In this document: in pieces, positions 12,303 through 26,650 of the stretch | Layout: each line of letters starts with the position of its first letter | Numbering within the stretch: the stretch's first letter is position 1 | NCBI GenBank assembly: GCA_951406725.2 | Contig: OX597814.1 | Coordinates: 33,790,001 to 33,854,000 of the forward strand | Source: Octopus vulgaris | Taxonomy: Eukaryota | Direction: 5' to 3' | DNA: 64,000 nucleotides | The notes under the pieces: model-generated | Database searches by the model: none | Told to the model about the DNA's origin: nothing | The model's input: only the letters and a program-made list of their open reading frames with translations | Translations under genes and position numbers: made by a program

Positions 12303-14097
12303 GTGTGTGTCTGTGTTTGTCCCCTGCAGCATCGCTTGACAACCGATGCTGGTGTGTTCATGTCCCTGTAACTTAGTAGTTCAGCAAAAGATACAGATAG
12401 AATATGCTCGACTGAAAGGCGGTGCTCCAATATGACTACAGTCAAATGACTGAAACAAGAGTAAATTCAGTCACAGTTTATAAGATGGTTGGTTGGTTGG
12501 ATCAGTCCTTAGACTGTGGCCATGCTAGGGCACTACCTTGAAGAATTTATAGTCAAATGTATTGAGCCCAGTACTTTTCATTCGTTTAAGCCTGGTACTT
12601 CATCAATATCTTTAGCTGAACTGCTAATTTACAGGGACATAACCACATCACCAAGTGTCAAGTGATGGCGGTGGGGACAAACGCACACATACAACCATCA
12701 TTTAACGTCCATTGTCTATGCTGGCATGGGTTAGATGGCTTGACTGGGTTGGCATGTTGGAAGGCTGCACCAGACTCCGGTCTGATTTGGCATGGTTTTC
12801 TACAGTTGGATGTCCTTCCTAATGCCAACCACTCCAATAGTGTAATACTGGGGTGCATTTACATGCCACCAACACAGGTACCAATTTGCGTGACACTGGT
12901 ATCTGCCACAATTGTGATTTTGCTTGGTTTGATGGGTCTGCTTCTCAAGCACAACATAATGCCAAAGGTCTTAGTTATTGTCTCTGTGAGGCCCAACTCT
13001 CAAATGGAACTCAGCCACTTTGCCTCCATCAGGCCCAAAGCTCAAGAGGAACTTGGCCATTTTGCCTCCGTGTGGCCTATTGCTCAAAAGGAATTTGACC
13101 ACTTTGCCTCCATGAGGCCCAGATGGGCTTCTTTTGGTTTCCATCTACCAAATCCACTCGCAAGGCTTTGGTCAGCCTAAGGCTTTAGTAGAAGACATCT
13201 TTTTTTTCTTAAATTCCCTTTTTTTTTAATTCCTTTTTCTTAATTTCTCTTAAATTCTCTTTCCTTTTTAAGTTCTTTTCCCACCTTTGGTTCTCTCTCT
13301 CTCTGTCTTTCCCTGCCTTATTTCTTTATTGCCCACAAGGCCTAAACATAGAGGGGACAAACAAGGACAGACAAAGAGATCAAGTCGATTACAGTGACCC
13401 CAGTGTGTAACTGGTACTTAATTTATCGACCCCCGAAAGGATGAAAGGCAAAGTTGACCTCAGCGGAATTTGAACTCAGAACGTAATGGCAGACGAAATA
13501 GCACTAAGCATTTCGCTCAGCGTGCTAACATTTCTGCCGCCTTAAGTTCTCTCTCTCTCTCTCTCTTTCCCCACCTTAGGTTCTCTCTTTCAAGTTCTCT
13601 CTCTGTCCCCCACTTTTCTTTTCTTTTTCTTTTTTTCTTTTTTTAAGGCAAAGTAATTGTTTTGAATTTGTCTAGTTTTAATCTTGTTTCAATCATTAGA
13701 CTGAAGTTATACTGGACACTGCTTTGGAGAATCTTAGTCATACAAATGTCCTAATACAGAAGATTTTTTTTAAAGTCTGGTACTTATTCTGTCAGTTTCT
13801 TTTGCTGAACCAGTAAGTACTGTTAAAGAACATAAACAAACCAACACTGATTGTTAAGCAGTGGGAGGAGAGGGGGATCACATATGTGCATGCGTATGTG
13901 TGCTCACAAGACTTTCACAGCTTCTGTCAACCAAATTTACTGAAGGCATTGGTCAGCCCAGGGCTGTAGTAGAAGAATGGGACTGAACCTTCAACCATTT
14001 GGTTGCCAAGTGAGTTTAATCATGTAGCCATGTGTGTGCCAATAGCATTTTTCTGTTTGATTTTTGTAATTTTATTTGAAGAAGCAAAAAAGCTTTT

Positions 14098-14569
14098 ACA
14101 GTTCTATATTTAAGAGATGAGGAAGTATGTACATTATTTACACTATTTACAATTGACGGAGATTTGTCCTCATCTTGTTTGTTGTTAACGTTTCGGCTGA
14201 TATACCTTCCAGCCTTTATCAGGTGTCTTGGGAAAATTTCGAACCTGGGTTCTCATTCCTAATATATTTTTCGATGTTATTATTCAGGTCACTGCCTGAA
14301 ATCGAACTCAAAATTTTGGGGTTAGATTTTTTTGATGTTATTATTCAGGTCACTGCCTGGAATCAAACTTGGAATCTTGGGGTTAGTAGCTGGCACTCTT
14401 AACCACTATGCCATGTGCCCACCTGAGTAATAATATCATCAAAAAATACCTTAGGAATGAGAACCCAGGTTCGAAATTTCCCCAAGACACCTGATGAAGG
14501 CTGGAGGGTATATCAGCCAAAACGTTAATAACAAACAAAGACAAATATCCATCAATTGTAAATAATGTA
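14098..14569. mobile_element. tRNA-head/hammerhead-tail retroposon: a minus-strand full copy plus an inverted plus-strand tail copy
   Basis: Inverted arms (~14140-14265 vs ~14445-14569); TSD CAAAAA(A/G)GCTTTT at 14085-14097 and 14570-14582; degenerate CTGATGA..GAAAC cores. Confidence 0.75.
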
Positions 14570-14655
14570 CAAAAAGGCTTTTGTTATAACACAAATGTGA
14601 AAGGAAGCATACTATTAATTTTTGAAAAAATATTTTCAATTTTTGCAAATTTAAG

Positions 14656-14761
14656 AATATGGCAAGAAAACATCACAACCCAGAAGCTGAATTAATATCT
14701 CGATATAAACAGGAAATGGCTCTCAGAAGAAAATATCATAATCAACTGATGAAGATTAAAG
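14656..14761 (+). CDS. Kinesin-14 neck exon
   Basis: NMARKHHNPEAELISRYKQEMALRRKYHNQLMKIK(G) matches the kinesin-14 neck motif (RK.LHN.L..LKGNIRV); GTAAGT donor. Confidence 0.9.
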
Positions 14762-15699
14762 GTAAGTTTTCCTACATATAAATGCATTTTTGTTTCTTTT
14801 TGATACTTAGAATAAGCATAAAACTCATTTCAGTATTTAGGGTCTTTATTTTATTTCGTTTTTCGATTTGGTTTGCAAGATTCTTTATGTGAGTTCATGT
14901 GTTGAAGCATATTCTGTTGTGTCTGGGGAGAGTCATTTTCTTTTTGTGCCTTATAATATAACACACTCACCGGTAACATTTCCACTGTTTTTTTCTTATT
15001 TTTATTTTCCTAAAATTTTCATTGCGTCTTGCAACCTTTTCAATAGTTTTGACTTTCTTTATTTTGTAATTTGCTAAATTCATATTTGACAGTAAAAGAA
15101 AAATTTACTATTCTAATTTCATTTGTACTTTCAGCACCAGCAGTTGATGGTTTGGCCAAAGTATTCTCATAATCTTGTCTTCTGATCTGTTTTGGTTATA
15201 TCTAGAATTGTCAGCCATTGTCTTAACCCTTTTGTCACTGTATTTATTTTGAGAGGCTCTGTGTTTCTTTCAATTGATTTTAAATATAACAAAGAATTTA
15301 GTAAACCAATGTATTAAGCTAGTGTTAGGGACATAAATTGTGACTAAGGTTTGGTGAAAGATTTTAATTCAAAACTTATGAAAACAAGACATTTGTATTA
15401 CAGAGGCATTTTCAGCCAGGTTGGTATTGAAAGGGTTATGACACTTGGGTGTGATTCTGTAGAAAGATTTGGCTGCTGTTTCTGTCAGGTCAGTTTCATT
15501 TTAGCATAACTACTAGATAAAGGTGGCTAAATTGATTATAAGAAGATTATTGTTACTTCAACTGATTAAAAGTAAGCTGTTTAGCCCTAGGTGATCCCTG
15601 ATTGAACAAACCTATGATAACTGGCATTCAGGTCACACATTTCTCTTAAAGATGATAGGATATGATTAGAGGTAGATTTGGCTATTATTTATTTATCAT

Positions 15700-16980
15700 T
15701 TCTAGCCAAGGTGCAGCAATATCAAAGGAAGGCTAACTGGGAAGATAGTTTTTGTATGTGGCAGATGCTCAGGAGCAATAAACACTGAAAATGTGCAGAG
15801 AACAACTTCCGCCACATTCCAGGGAGAAAAACTAGTAGTTGATAGCTTCCGTTACCTAGGTGACCAAGTCAGTAATGGGGGGAGGGTGCGCTGAAAGTGT
15901 AGCTGCTAGAATAATAGCCTGGGTAAAGTTCAGAGAGCTCTTACCTCTGCTGGTGACAAAGGGCATCTCGTTCAGAGTAAAAGGTAGACTGTATGATGCA
16001 TGTGTTTGTAAAGCCATGTTACATGGCAGTGAAACATGGGCCGTGACTGCTGAGGACATGCATAAGCTCGCAAGGAATGAAGCCAGTATACTCCGATGGA
16101 TGTGTAATGTCAGTGTGTATACTTGACAGTGTAAGTACCTCGAGAGAAAAGTTGGCCCTAAGAAGCATCAGATGTGGTGTACAAGAGACAACTGTGCTAG
16201 TATGGTCATGGGGCAAGAATGGATGAGGATAGCTGTGTGAAAATGTGCCACACCCTAGTGGTTGAGGGATCTGTGGAAGAGGTAATCCCAGGAAGACCTG
16301 GGATGATGTGGTGAAGCATGAGCTTCGAACATTAGGCCTCACCAAGGCAATGACTAGTGACTGGGACCTTTGGAAATATGCTGTGCTTGAGAAGACCCGG
16401 CAAGCCAAGTGTGACCATAACCTCAAGGCCTATGCCAGGGGTGTAACCATCCCACTTATGCATACCTTTCCTTCATTGGACACTAAACTTGGCTTGCGAA
16501 GACCTGTTGAGGGAAATTTGATGTCTGGCATCCCTGCTAGTGGAGTGCTGAGAGCATCATCTGAGCATGATCATTGCCAGAGCAGCAAACTGGCTTCCAT
16601 GCCAGTGGCACGTAAAAGGCACCATTCGAGTGTGATCATTACCAGCGTCATCTTACTAGCACTTATGCCAGTGGCATGTGAAAAACATTCGAGTGAGGTC
16701 GTTGCCAGTGCTGCTGGACTGGCTCCTGTGCAGGTGGCACATAATAAACACCATTTGAGCATAGCTGTTGCCAGTACCGCCTGACTGGCGCTTGTGCCAG
16801 TGGCATGTAAAAGCACCCACTACACTCTCGAAGTAGTTGGCATTAGAAAGGGCATCCAGCTATAGAATCTCTGCCAGATCAGATTGGAGCCTGGTGCAGC
16901 CATATGGTTCGCCAGTCCTCAGTCAAATCGTCCAACCCATGCTAGCATGGAAAGCAGACGTTAAATGATGATGATGATGA
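15700..16980 (+). mobile_element. 5'-truncated RTE-clade LINE (RT C-terminus + 3'UTR + (GAT)n tail). Other 3' pieces at ~19640-20235(+), 23345-23635(+), 33100-33520(-), 38565-38875(+), 56727-57395(-), 61480-62063(+)
   Basis: Translates to ..SFRYLGDQVS..ARI.AWVKFRELLPLL..KGRLYDACV..AMLHGSETW.. typical of RTE; ends GGACGTTAAA(C/T)GATGATGAT. Confidence 0.85.
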
Positions 16981-18528
16981 ACCATTTACTTCACCACATA
17001 GATCTCTCATTGGCTCTTATAAATGTAATTCTGTTTGACTGCAGAGCATCTAGGGATTTGGGGGTTGGGTTTTTTTTTTTAAGAATAAGATTAATAGGAA
17101 GAAGTTTAATGTGCAATAGTAATTTATAGGAATTTGAACACAAAAGATTGAAATGGTAACAGGGCCTCAAAGGTGTTGAAAGAACGGTGTATATGTCAGG
17201 GAGGAAACATTAAGATAATGTAACTGGAATGGAGGATGTCTATTAGATGAGAAATTATAGCAAGTTAACCCTTTAGTGTTCCTATTATTCTGCCAAAATT
17301 AATGCTTTTTTATCCATTGTTTTGAACTAATCATGCCTTATCTTGTAGCTATGAGATTTTGATGAGGTAGCTGTTAATTTTTAAAACGATATTGTAGAGT
17401 TGGCGTGAGAGATCAGATATGGCCTGTTTAAATGCTAAAGGGTTAAACAAATGGTGGTGCTCCAGCTTTGCCATAGCAAGGACCATTTTGGAAATTATAG
17501 TCTGGTCAGTTTTAAGTTCAAGTTTTAGATAGAATTAATTGTAAATTTTTACTTCCTTTGCATGTGAGATATTTGATTATAATTAGAATGCAGAAATTGG
17601 TACGAAAAAGTATTAGTTTCCATTCAAAGTAGAATGAAAATATACAGGGTTAAGCAAAAGCAGGTCTACAGATGCTTAATGAGTGAAATGATCTATTTCT
17701 CTATTTCTTTATTTTTAACTGATTCATTAGTCAACTAAGAGATCTGTCAAAGATGTCTAGTTCATTAGCTCTTTTTTTGTTTTCCCCCTCTCTATTTCTG
17801 GGAGTTTGAGTGAATGTTTGAGCCACAAGCAACTGTATATCTACTTTTGTCCACCCCTGTAGAAACAAATTTTGATTTAAATTCGGGCATTATGGAAATT
17901 TACCATTTATAACCTTATCTTTTTAGGATTAACCATACCGCATCTGTGTGTCTGAATTCATGTGATCCAAATTCATACAGGACTGTCTGTGCATACATTT
18001 GGCTACAACCATAGTCATACAAATGAAAGCCTATTATTGTAGTTTGATACATTCTGTGTTGCTCTATCTAAATAGTTACCTGCTAACATTTTTTTTTCCA
18101 TTGCATTTGTTTACTTAAACATATAACATTGTAGAAGGCAGCGAGCTGGCAGAAATGTTAGCACGCCAGGCGAAATGTGTAGCCGTATTTCATCTGCCAT
18201 TACATTCTGAGTTCAAATTCCGCTGAGGTCAACTTTGCCTTTCATCCTTTCGGGGTCGATAAAGTAAGTACCAGTTCACTGGGGTCGATGTAATCGACTT
18301 AATCCGTTTGTCTGTCCTTGTTTGTCCCCTCTGTGTTTAGCCCCTTGTGAGTAATAAAGAAATACATATAACATTGTAGCTTACTAGATAAGTTACCTTC
18401 AATTTAAACATGTTAAATCTAACCTAAATGTACTTCAAAAGATACATTGATCTGTTAGAAGTTGATACATCTTTCAAAAACAAAAAGACTTGTTAGTATT
18501 TTAAACATAGGTATATTTACTTAATTAG

Positions 18529-18704
18529 GTAATATTCGAGTATTTTGTCGGATTCGGCCACTAGACCCAAATATTGAAGGCACAAATGAAGATTGTGTGT
18601 ATATTAGTCCAGACAATAAGGATGTTGTACTTGTAAAACACAGAAAGAAACTACTTAATTTTGAAATGAGTTTAGTTTTTCCTCAAGATTGTACACAGTC
18701 TCAG
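18529..18704 (+). CDS. Kinesin-14 exon at the start of the motor domain
   Basis: GNIRVFCRIRP...VFPQDCTQSQ; AG/GTAAGT boundaries. Confidence 0.95.
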
Positions 18705-20776
18705 GTAAGTTATCATTTTGCCTCAATCACTGTTTTGAAATGAAATATCTCACTGTGAAAGCAAATATTTTTCATAGGATTCAAATTAGAACAAAATGAA
18801 TCGAAAACTAAATGATTACTGAACAAACACACACACACACACACACACACACGTGACCAAGACCTTTTGTTAATATACCATGCTTGAGAAGACGACCCAT
18901 CAAGCCATGTGAAATCACAGTTGTGACTGATGTCAGCGTGGTGTAACTGGTACTCGTGACCCATGGCTGCCTGAGAACAATCTTAGTGCAAAATTTTACA
19001 TAAAAAAATATAAAACTCTACACACAGTTTGGACTGTGTACTACATATAAATGTAGTAGTTTCTGCATTTTATGTCTTTATTTTTATAATAAAACAAGTT
19101 TTGTGTATCAATTACAAACTTAGATTTTGGAGTTGTAAACATCTAGCAAGCAACTTGATCTGAAATTGAGTCAAAAATGAAACAGATTGTGAAAGAGCTA
19201 TTTATAAAAACAAAATGTATTAAATTCTTGATGACAATTTTTGTTGCACAACTGCAACCTGGTTATAACACTTCAACTTTCAATAGAACAAACAATGAAT
19301 TAGTTTTTTTAAACAGCTGACTTTGCCTTCGAGGTTTCAGCTTACATCTTGCAAGTTTAGAAGTTTCTTGGTTTCAGCACAGGGCCTCTATGCTGTCAGG
19401 TTACATTCTGCACTATTGTTGACAAGAGAGAATAACCTAATATTTGACAGTTACTTTATCACTCTTGAAAGAATGAAAGACAAAATTGACCTTGACCCAA
19501 TCTGAACACTGATCTGGAACAAATACTGCAACAATGTCTCTGCCAAATCGTTGCCTTTCATCCCTCCCCAGTGATGTAATTTTTTAATGTCCACCTTTTC
19601 CATACTCACAAAGGTCAGATACCCTTCCTGTTGCCTCAGTAAGTGCAAGCAAGACCATAACCTTGTGGTCTATGCCAGGGGTGTAACCAGCCTACTTATG
19701 CGTGCCTTTCCTTCATTGGACACTAACTTCTACTTGTGAAGACCTGTTGAGGCAAGTGTAATCGAAATCAAATTCGATGACTGGCATCCGTGCTAGTGGA
19801 GTGCTAAGAGTACCGTACGAATGAGATCGTTGCCAGAGCAAGAAGCTGGCCTCCATGCCGATTGCACGTTAAGAACACCATTCGAGCGTGATCATTACCT
19901 GCATTGCCTTACTGGCACTTGTGCTGGTGGCACGTGAAAAAACATTCGAGCGAGGTCGTTGCCAGTGCCGCTGGACTGGCTCCTGTGCAGGTGGCACATA
20001 AAAAGCACCATTTGAGCGAGGTCATTGCTAGTACTGCCTGACTGGCCCCGTGCTGGTGGCACGTAAAAGCACCCACTACACTCTCGACGTGGTTGGCATT
20101 AGGAAGAACATCCAGCTGTAGAAACTCTGCCAGATCAGATTGGAGTCTGGTGCAGCCATCTGGTTCGCCAGACCTCAGTCAAATCATCCAACACATGATT
20201 GCATGGAAAGTAGACATTAAATGATGATGATGATGAAGGTAATATTTCCCCATGATCAGACAGCTTTTCATGGACAATTGGAAACTGATACTGCTTGCAT
20301 GAATGACACTTGTTTACAACTATCATATAAGGCAAGGAGGCATGCATGCACACATGCTCGCAGTTTGTCTACCAAATCCACTCATGGCTTTGGTCAGCTT
20401 GGACCTATAGGTGTCATGACCTAGGACTGAACCCAAAACCATGTGGTTGGGAAGCAAACTTCTTACCACCCAACCATGCCTGCACCTAGCCACGTCTGAA
20501 ATCTTGGTAAATTCAATAGACAATACTCTTCCTGATTTTATGCTAACATTTTACAGGGTTCAGGATAGAGGGTTTTACAAATTTCATTCAATTAAAAGAA
20601 AACGGTCAAGCATCAAGGATACTATGTTACTGTTTATCATTAATCTTAGGGATTTTGGGATATAAAATATTTTGGTGAAATTGATGCAATTGTTTCATTT
20701 TTGAGAAAGTGTTATCTGCATAATTCAATTTATTAAATCAATAGGTTGCTATCATAAATGTAATTTTTAATTCCAG

Positions 20777-20881
20777 TTGTTTGAAGAAGTAGAATCTTTG
20801 ATTACCTCCTGTATAGATGGCTTCAATGTATGTATTGTGGCTTACGGCCAAACTGGATCTGGAAAGACTTACACAATGGAA
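20777..20881 (+). CDS. Kinesin-14 P-loop exon
   Basis: [35 protein letters not shown]; CAG/GTAAGT. Confidence 0.97.
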
Positions 20882-22262
20882 GTAAGTTAGGTTTTATTTC
20901 TGCTTACTTTTATGTGTTGAAGATCTCGAAAAGGAATTCAGAAAGTGTGGAGTTTTTACAGACTATTTTAGTAAGATATTGTAGGTACAAAAATGATGTT
21001 CGTTGTTCAGTGTAGTATACTGTATTTGATGATATATGACACATGTTTACAAAAAGTATGTCAAATCATCCCAGGTCAAAGTTGGGCCTTCCAATAAGCT
21101 TTTTAAGACACGCCTGTATTTTATGCCATCAGACATGGTTCTGATTTTGAATGGTCATATAAAATGTTATGTTTAAATGGCAATATTTTGCATCACATCA
21201 CAAACTGATCTTCCAATCAAACCAAGGACACCGTTTCCCACTGGATTTTTCTATTGCTCTTGCTATCGGTCAGAAGCAACTCCTGGAAGAAGTGTTACTT
21301 CCCCCCCCCCCCCCAATAACAGCAAATTGTATTTGACCTCAGAATGCATAGAGCCAGAACATATGCAAAGCCTCTTGTCAGCTCTAACAATTTTACTAAT
21401 CCACTACCCTGGACTGGAACATTATTTATCAGTTACCAATATTTCTGTGTTTTGGCGGTATTTGCTCCAAGTGTGAATTCAAACCCCATAAAGTATTTTA
21501 AATAATAATAATAATAATGAAATTATTGTATACAGTGCTCAGGTGCACCACAACTTGTCAGAAAGTGCATATAAAGTACATGCAGTAATGTAGAAATGTC
21601 TGGAAAGCGAACAATGTATGAGTTGGTTACAGGCTTGTGTGTGTATGGAGGGGAGAAAATCAAGTGTAGTGTTGGCAAATCTCAGGAAGCATGGAAGTTT
21701 TGAAGGATGCAGTGCTCCGACAACTAAAAACTGATGCCGGCAGTTTGTTCCATGTTTTCTCCAATGCTCTACTGATGCTGCTAATTTGCTATTTCCTTTG
21801 GTACACATAAATAGTACTGAAATTGATAAACCAATAAGGGAGCCTCTGTAGGTGCCTCACCAGTTAGAAATAGCAACCAAATTTCTTCTAAATCACTTAA
21901 AATAAAAGGCACATTCTGCAAATGTCTTAGATGTACAAAAAAGGTGAAATGATCTATCAAACCAAAACTGATTTCGGCTTAAATACCTGAAAACTGTGAA
22001 ATGATTGATTGAATATACTTGGTAACTCCAATGATACAAACCTTTCAAATAGTTCTTTTAATTAAAGATATGCAAACCATTTTGATTTCTGAATGACAAA
22101 AACTATTAAATAGTTGTACTAAAGGGAAAACCAGTGACTTAAATTTTATAAAGCCATTCACTTTTGAAAAACTTAAGAAATTTACTTGCAGGATCACCTC
22201 AATTACCAAGTATATACCCAGCAGAACTAATAAATCTTTTCTTTTTTTAATCTATATTTTAG

Positions 22263-22390
22263 GGTACCCTGACTGACCCAGGGATCAATCCAAGAGCTCT
22301 CAATGAATTATTCAATGAAATTTCTGCAAAACATGACTGGATTTATTCTGTCTATGTCAGCATGCTTGAAATTTATAATGAACAAATCAG
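22263..22390 (+). CDS. Kinesin-14 motor exon
   Basis: GTLTDPGINPRALNELF...VSMLEIYNEQI(R); TAG/GTAAAT. Confidence 0.96.
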
Positions 22391-22864
22391 GTAAATTCAG
22401 ACCATGTCATTTACCAAACAAGTACTGAACTATATTGTCTGCATGAACTAATAGGTCCCTTAAAATAAGTATCTGGCTCCAAAATCTCTTACATTGTTTA
22501 TGTAACAGGCAAATCATTTAAACATAACAATTTATTCAGGTGATTCTTAGATTCTGGAATTCCCCACCCCCACAAACTTCTAGGAAGGTACATAGATTGT
22601 AAGGAAACTAATATGTACAAAATTAAATTTCCTGCCAAGGACATGACAAACACTTACCTCACCAGTTCAGTTTATCTCTCTTTACTCTTTTACTTGTTTC
22701 AGTCATTTGACTGCGGCCATGCTGGAGCACCGCCTTTAGTCGAGCAGATCAACCCCGGGACTTATTCTTTGTAAGCCTAGTACTTATTCTATCGGTCTCT
22801 TTTGCCGAACCGCTAAGTTACGGGGACGTAAACACACCAGCATCGGTTGTCAAGCAATGCTAGG

Positions 22865-22921
<57 letters not shown>

Positions 22922-22931
22922 ATACATATAC

Positions 22932-22970
<39 letters not shown>

Positions 22971-24554
22971 ACAGGCTTCTTTCAGTTTCCGTCTACCAAA
23001 TCCACTCACAAGGCATTGGTCAGCCCGGGGCTATAGCGGAAGACACTTGCCCAAGATGCCATGCAGTGGGACTGAACCCGGAACCATGTGGTTGGTTAGC
23101 AAGCTACTTACCACACAGCCACTCCTGTGCCTGTAAGTGACAAAATTGGTATCGAATCTGCAGGGTAGTTGGTGTTAGGAAGAGCTTCCTTCTGTAAAAA
23201 CCATGCTAACACACAGAAATCTGGTGCAGTTTTCTGCCTGGCCAGCTCCCGTCAAACCGTCCAACCCATGGCAGCATGGAGGGCAGACGTTAAACGATGA
23301 TATAGTCAGATGGTTGAATTTACCACAATTTTATGGAATCCTGTCATGATTTAATAACCTTCATTACCAACATCGCCTTACTGGCACCTGTGCTGGTGGC
23401 ATGTGTAAAAAGATTAGAGCGAGGTCGTTGCCAATACCGTCTGACTGGCCCCTGTGCTGGTGCCACGTAAAAAGCACCCACTACACTCTCGGAGTGGTTG
23501 GCGTTAGGAAGGGCATCCTGCTGTAGAAACTCTACCAAATCAAGATTGGAGCCTGGTGCAGCCATCTGGTTCGCCAGCCCTGTCAAAATCGTCCAACCCA
23601 TGCTAGCATGGAAAGCGGACGTTAAGCGAACGATGACTACATCTATTATGGCATTGAGATAGCTAAATGTTTACTTGGCAACTTATGTATTGAATGCAAA
23701 ACATATTGGAAATAAGAAAAATTTGTCTGAAGAGGAATACTTTCTATAGTTGAAAGTAAAAGTGATACACGAATGATCAACTCCTCTTCAATTCAAAAGA
23801 TGACAGGTCTTATTTAAGAATTGAGATTTTCGCAGAATATTAAATAACATCCGTTTTTATGTATCTAAATAAACATAGCTTTTTCAGTGTCTAGTATCGA
23901 TAGATTTCATCTCCTCAGTGTCTGTAGTGTTTTAAGACTTGTCCATTTAATTAGAATTGTGTTCTAAATATACCATCTTAACCTGTTTGACTATTATTTG
24001 TGGTGCACCTGAGCACTATATACAATAATTTCATTATTATCATAATTTAAGCTCTGATATCAAGGGAGACTACTCTTTATATTTTAGAAATTATTGCCCT
24101 TTAACTGAAGGTTCTCAATATTTTCTTTCCATTTTATTCCTCGTACCTATAAAAGTACTTCGAAAAAAATTTACAAATGATATACGTGCGACAATTATAC
24201 TGCAATGTTTAATTTTACCAAGTGTTTTCATTAGAACAAATGCTTGCAAAACCCAATGGTGAGGGTCACATATTTATTTTTGTTGGAACTGACAAGTGGG
24301 GAGACATTTTTTTCTTAATTCTAACAATGTCAGAATAAATACACACTAGTACGTATTACTCTTTCTCTTTTACTTGTTTCAGTCATCTGACTGCGGCCAT
24401 GCTGGAGCACCGTCCTTAGTCGAGCAACTCGACCCCGGGACTTATTCTTTTTGTAAGCCCAGTACTTATTCTATCAGTCTCTTTTTGCCGAACCGCTAAG
24501 TTACGGGGACGTAAACACACCAGCATCGGTTGTCAAGCAATGCTAGGGGAATAA

Positions 24555-24626
<72 letters not shown>

Positions 24627-25573
24627 GACAGACTTCTTTCAGTTTCCGTCTACCACTCACAAGGCATTGGTCGGCCCGGGGCTATAGCAGAAGACACTTG
24701 CCCAAGATGCCACGCAGTGGGACTGAACCCGGAACCATGTGGTTGGTTAGCAAGCTACTTACCACACAGCCACTCCTGCGCCTATTATCTAGTCAAAAAA
24801 CCTAGTATAGATATGTAGGAAAAATAAAAACTTTTTTCACATTTAACTTCATCATACCAACTCATTTTAGATACATTTATCTTTTACACGTTTCAGTCAG
24901 TGTGGCCATGCTGGGGCACCATATTAAAGTTTAGTTGGACGAATCAACCCCCAGTATTTAAAGCCCAATACTTATTCTATTGGTCTTTTTTTTTTTTTTT
25001 TGCCAAACTGCAAAGTTAAGGATGTAAACACACCAGCACCAGTTGTCAAGCGGTGGTGGGACACACAATGATGGGCTTCTTCCAGTTTCCATCTGCCAAA
25101 TCCACTTGCCTAAGGTAGCATGCAGTGGGACTGAACTCGGTTATGTAGTTGGGAAGCAAACTTCTTACCACATGACCACACCAATACAGACCCTCTGGTT
25201 CTCAAAGGTCCACTGATTTCTTTATTTAAAGAGGTTTTCTAGATTCTAATTTTTCTAAAAAATTGCATTTGCATGTAAATGTTACAAATGCATAAAACCT
25301 CCATTTTTGCTTAAGATTAATCAGTGTATATTATTCTATCCCTCAGTATGTTGACAGAGATGTTAGGCATGTTAAGGATGCTTTGCTCAAGGACTTTCAT
25401 GTATGATATAGCCATAGACGTGGCTGTGTGGTAAGTAACTTGCTAACGAACCACATGGTTCCGGGTTCAGTTCGACTGCATGGCACCTTGGGCAAGTGTC
25501 TTCTACTATAGCCTTGGGCCGACCAAAGCCTTGTGAGTGGATTCGGTAGACAGAAACTGAAAGAAGTCCATCG

Positions 25574-25639
<66 letters not shown>

Positions 25640-25870
25640 TATATATGTGTGTGTGTGTGTGTACCCCCAACGTTGCTTGACAACCGATGCTGGTATATTT
25701 ACGTCCCTGAAACTTAGTTTGATAGAATAAGTACTAGGCTTACAAAGAATAAGTCCTGGGGTCAATTTGGTCGACTAAAGGCAGTGCTTCAGTATGACTG
25801 TGGTGACGGTGGGGATATCTAATACATGTGGCACACTAAAGCATTTTTCTTTTCTGTTTTTCTGAGCCAG

Positions 25871-25970
25871 GGATCTCTTGAGTATTGAACAAAGCAAGCT
25901 TGAAGTGTGGAACATCGAAGGACAAAACTCAATCCGTCAAAAAGCAAATTCACTGCTTGAAGTGAATGAG
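25871..25970 (+). CDS. Kinesin-14 motor exon (loop 8 region)
   Basis: (R)DLLSIEQSKLEVWNIEGQNSIRQKANSLLEVNE; completes EIYNEQIRDLL; phase 2->0. Confidence 0.88.
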
Positions 25971-26289
25971 GTTGGTTATGATTTGTGTCTTTAAATGTTC
26001 TTGTTGAATAGACTCGTTGTATATAGTATTTATTATTGAAGACTGTGGCTCACAGGCAAAACAACACTGAAACTTAATTCTTTGTTCTGAATTCCAAACC
26101 TACTGGAGTTGGCTTTGTCAAGGTAAAAGTAGCAGGAAATAAGTAGACATAATGAAGGATATCAAAGTGTAGAACAGAAACCAAAGCAAACATACGAGCA
26201 TGGCAGTCCTCTGGCTTGCTACCTCCCACTGAATTGTCCAACTCATGAAAAACAGAAAACCGGCATGAAATTGTGGTCTTGTCTGTTAT

Positions 26290-26650
26290 AATAATAATAA
26301 TGAAATTATTGTATACAGTGCTCAGGTGCACCACAACTTGTCAGAAAGTGCATATAAAGTACATGCAGTAATGTAAAAATGTCTGGAAAGCGAACAATGT
26401 ATGAGTCAGATACATGCTTGTGTGTGTATGGAGAGGAGAAAATCAGGTGTAGTGTTGGCGAATCTCAGAAAGCATAGAAGTTTTGAAGGATGCAGTGCTC
26501 CGACAACTAACAACTGATGCTGGCAGTTTGTTCCATGCTTCAGCAACTCTCAGCGTGAAAAAATGTTTCCTGAAGTCATTAATGACTTTGTAAATATGTC
26601 CACGGGTGTTAGACGGGTGGAGTTTGAAAAGGTGCTCAGAGTTATTGTTA
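26290..26650 (-). mobile_element. CR1/L2-type LINE 3' fragment; shorter copies at ~21505-21755(-), 23995-24040(+), 48895-48950(+)
   Basis: HLFKLHPSNTRGH..RKHFFTLRVAEAWNKLPASVV..FK is the typical CR1-group ORF2 C-terminus; (ATT)n tail. Confidence 0.8.

Noticed and set aside
9675-12445. Three 860-920 aa minus-strand ORFs rich in I/Y/L/S
   Set aside because: Translations of a stop-free microsatellite strand; not genes.
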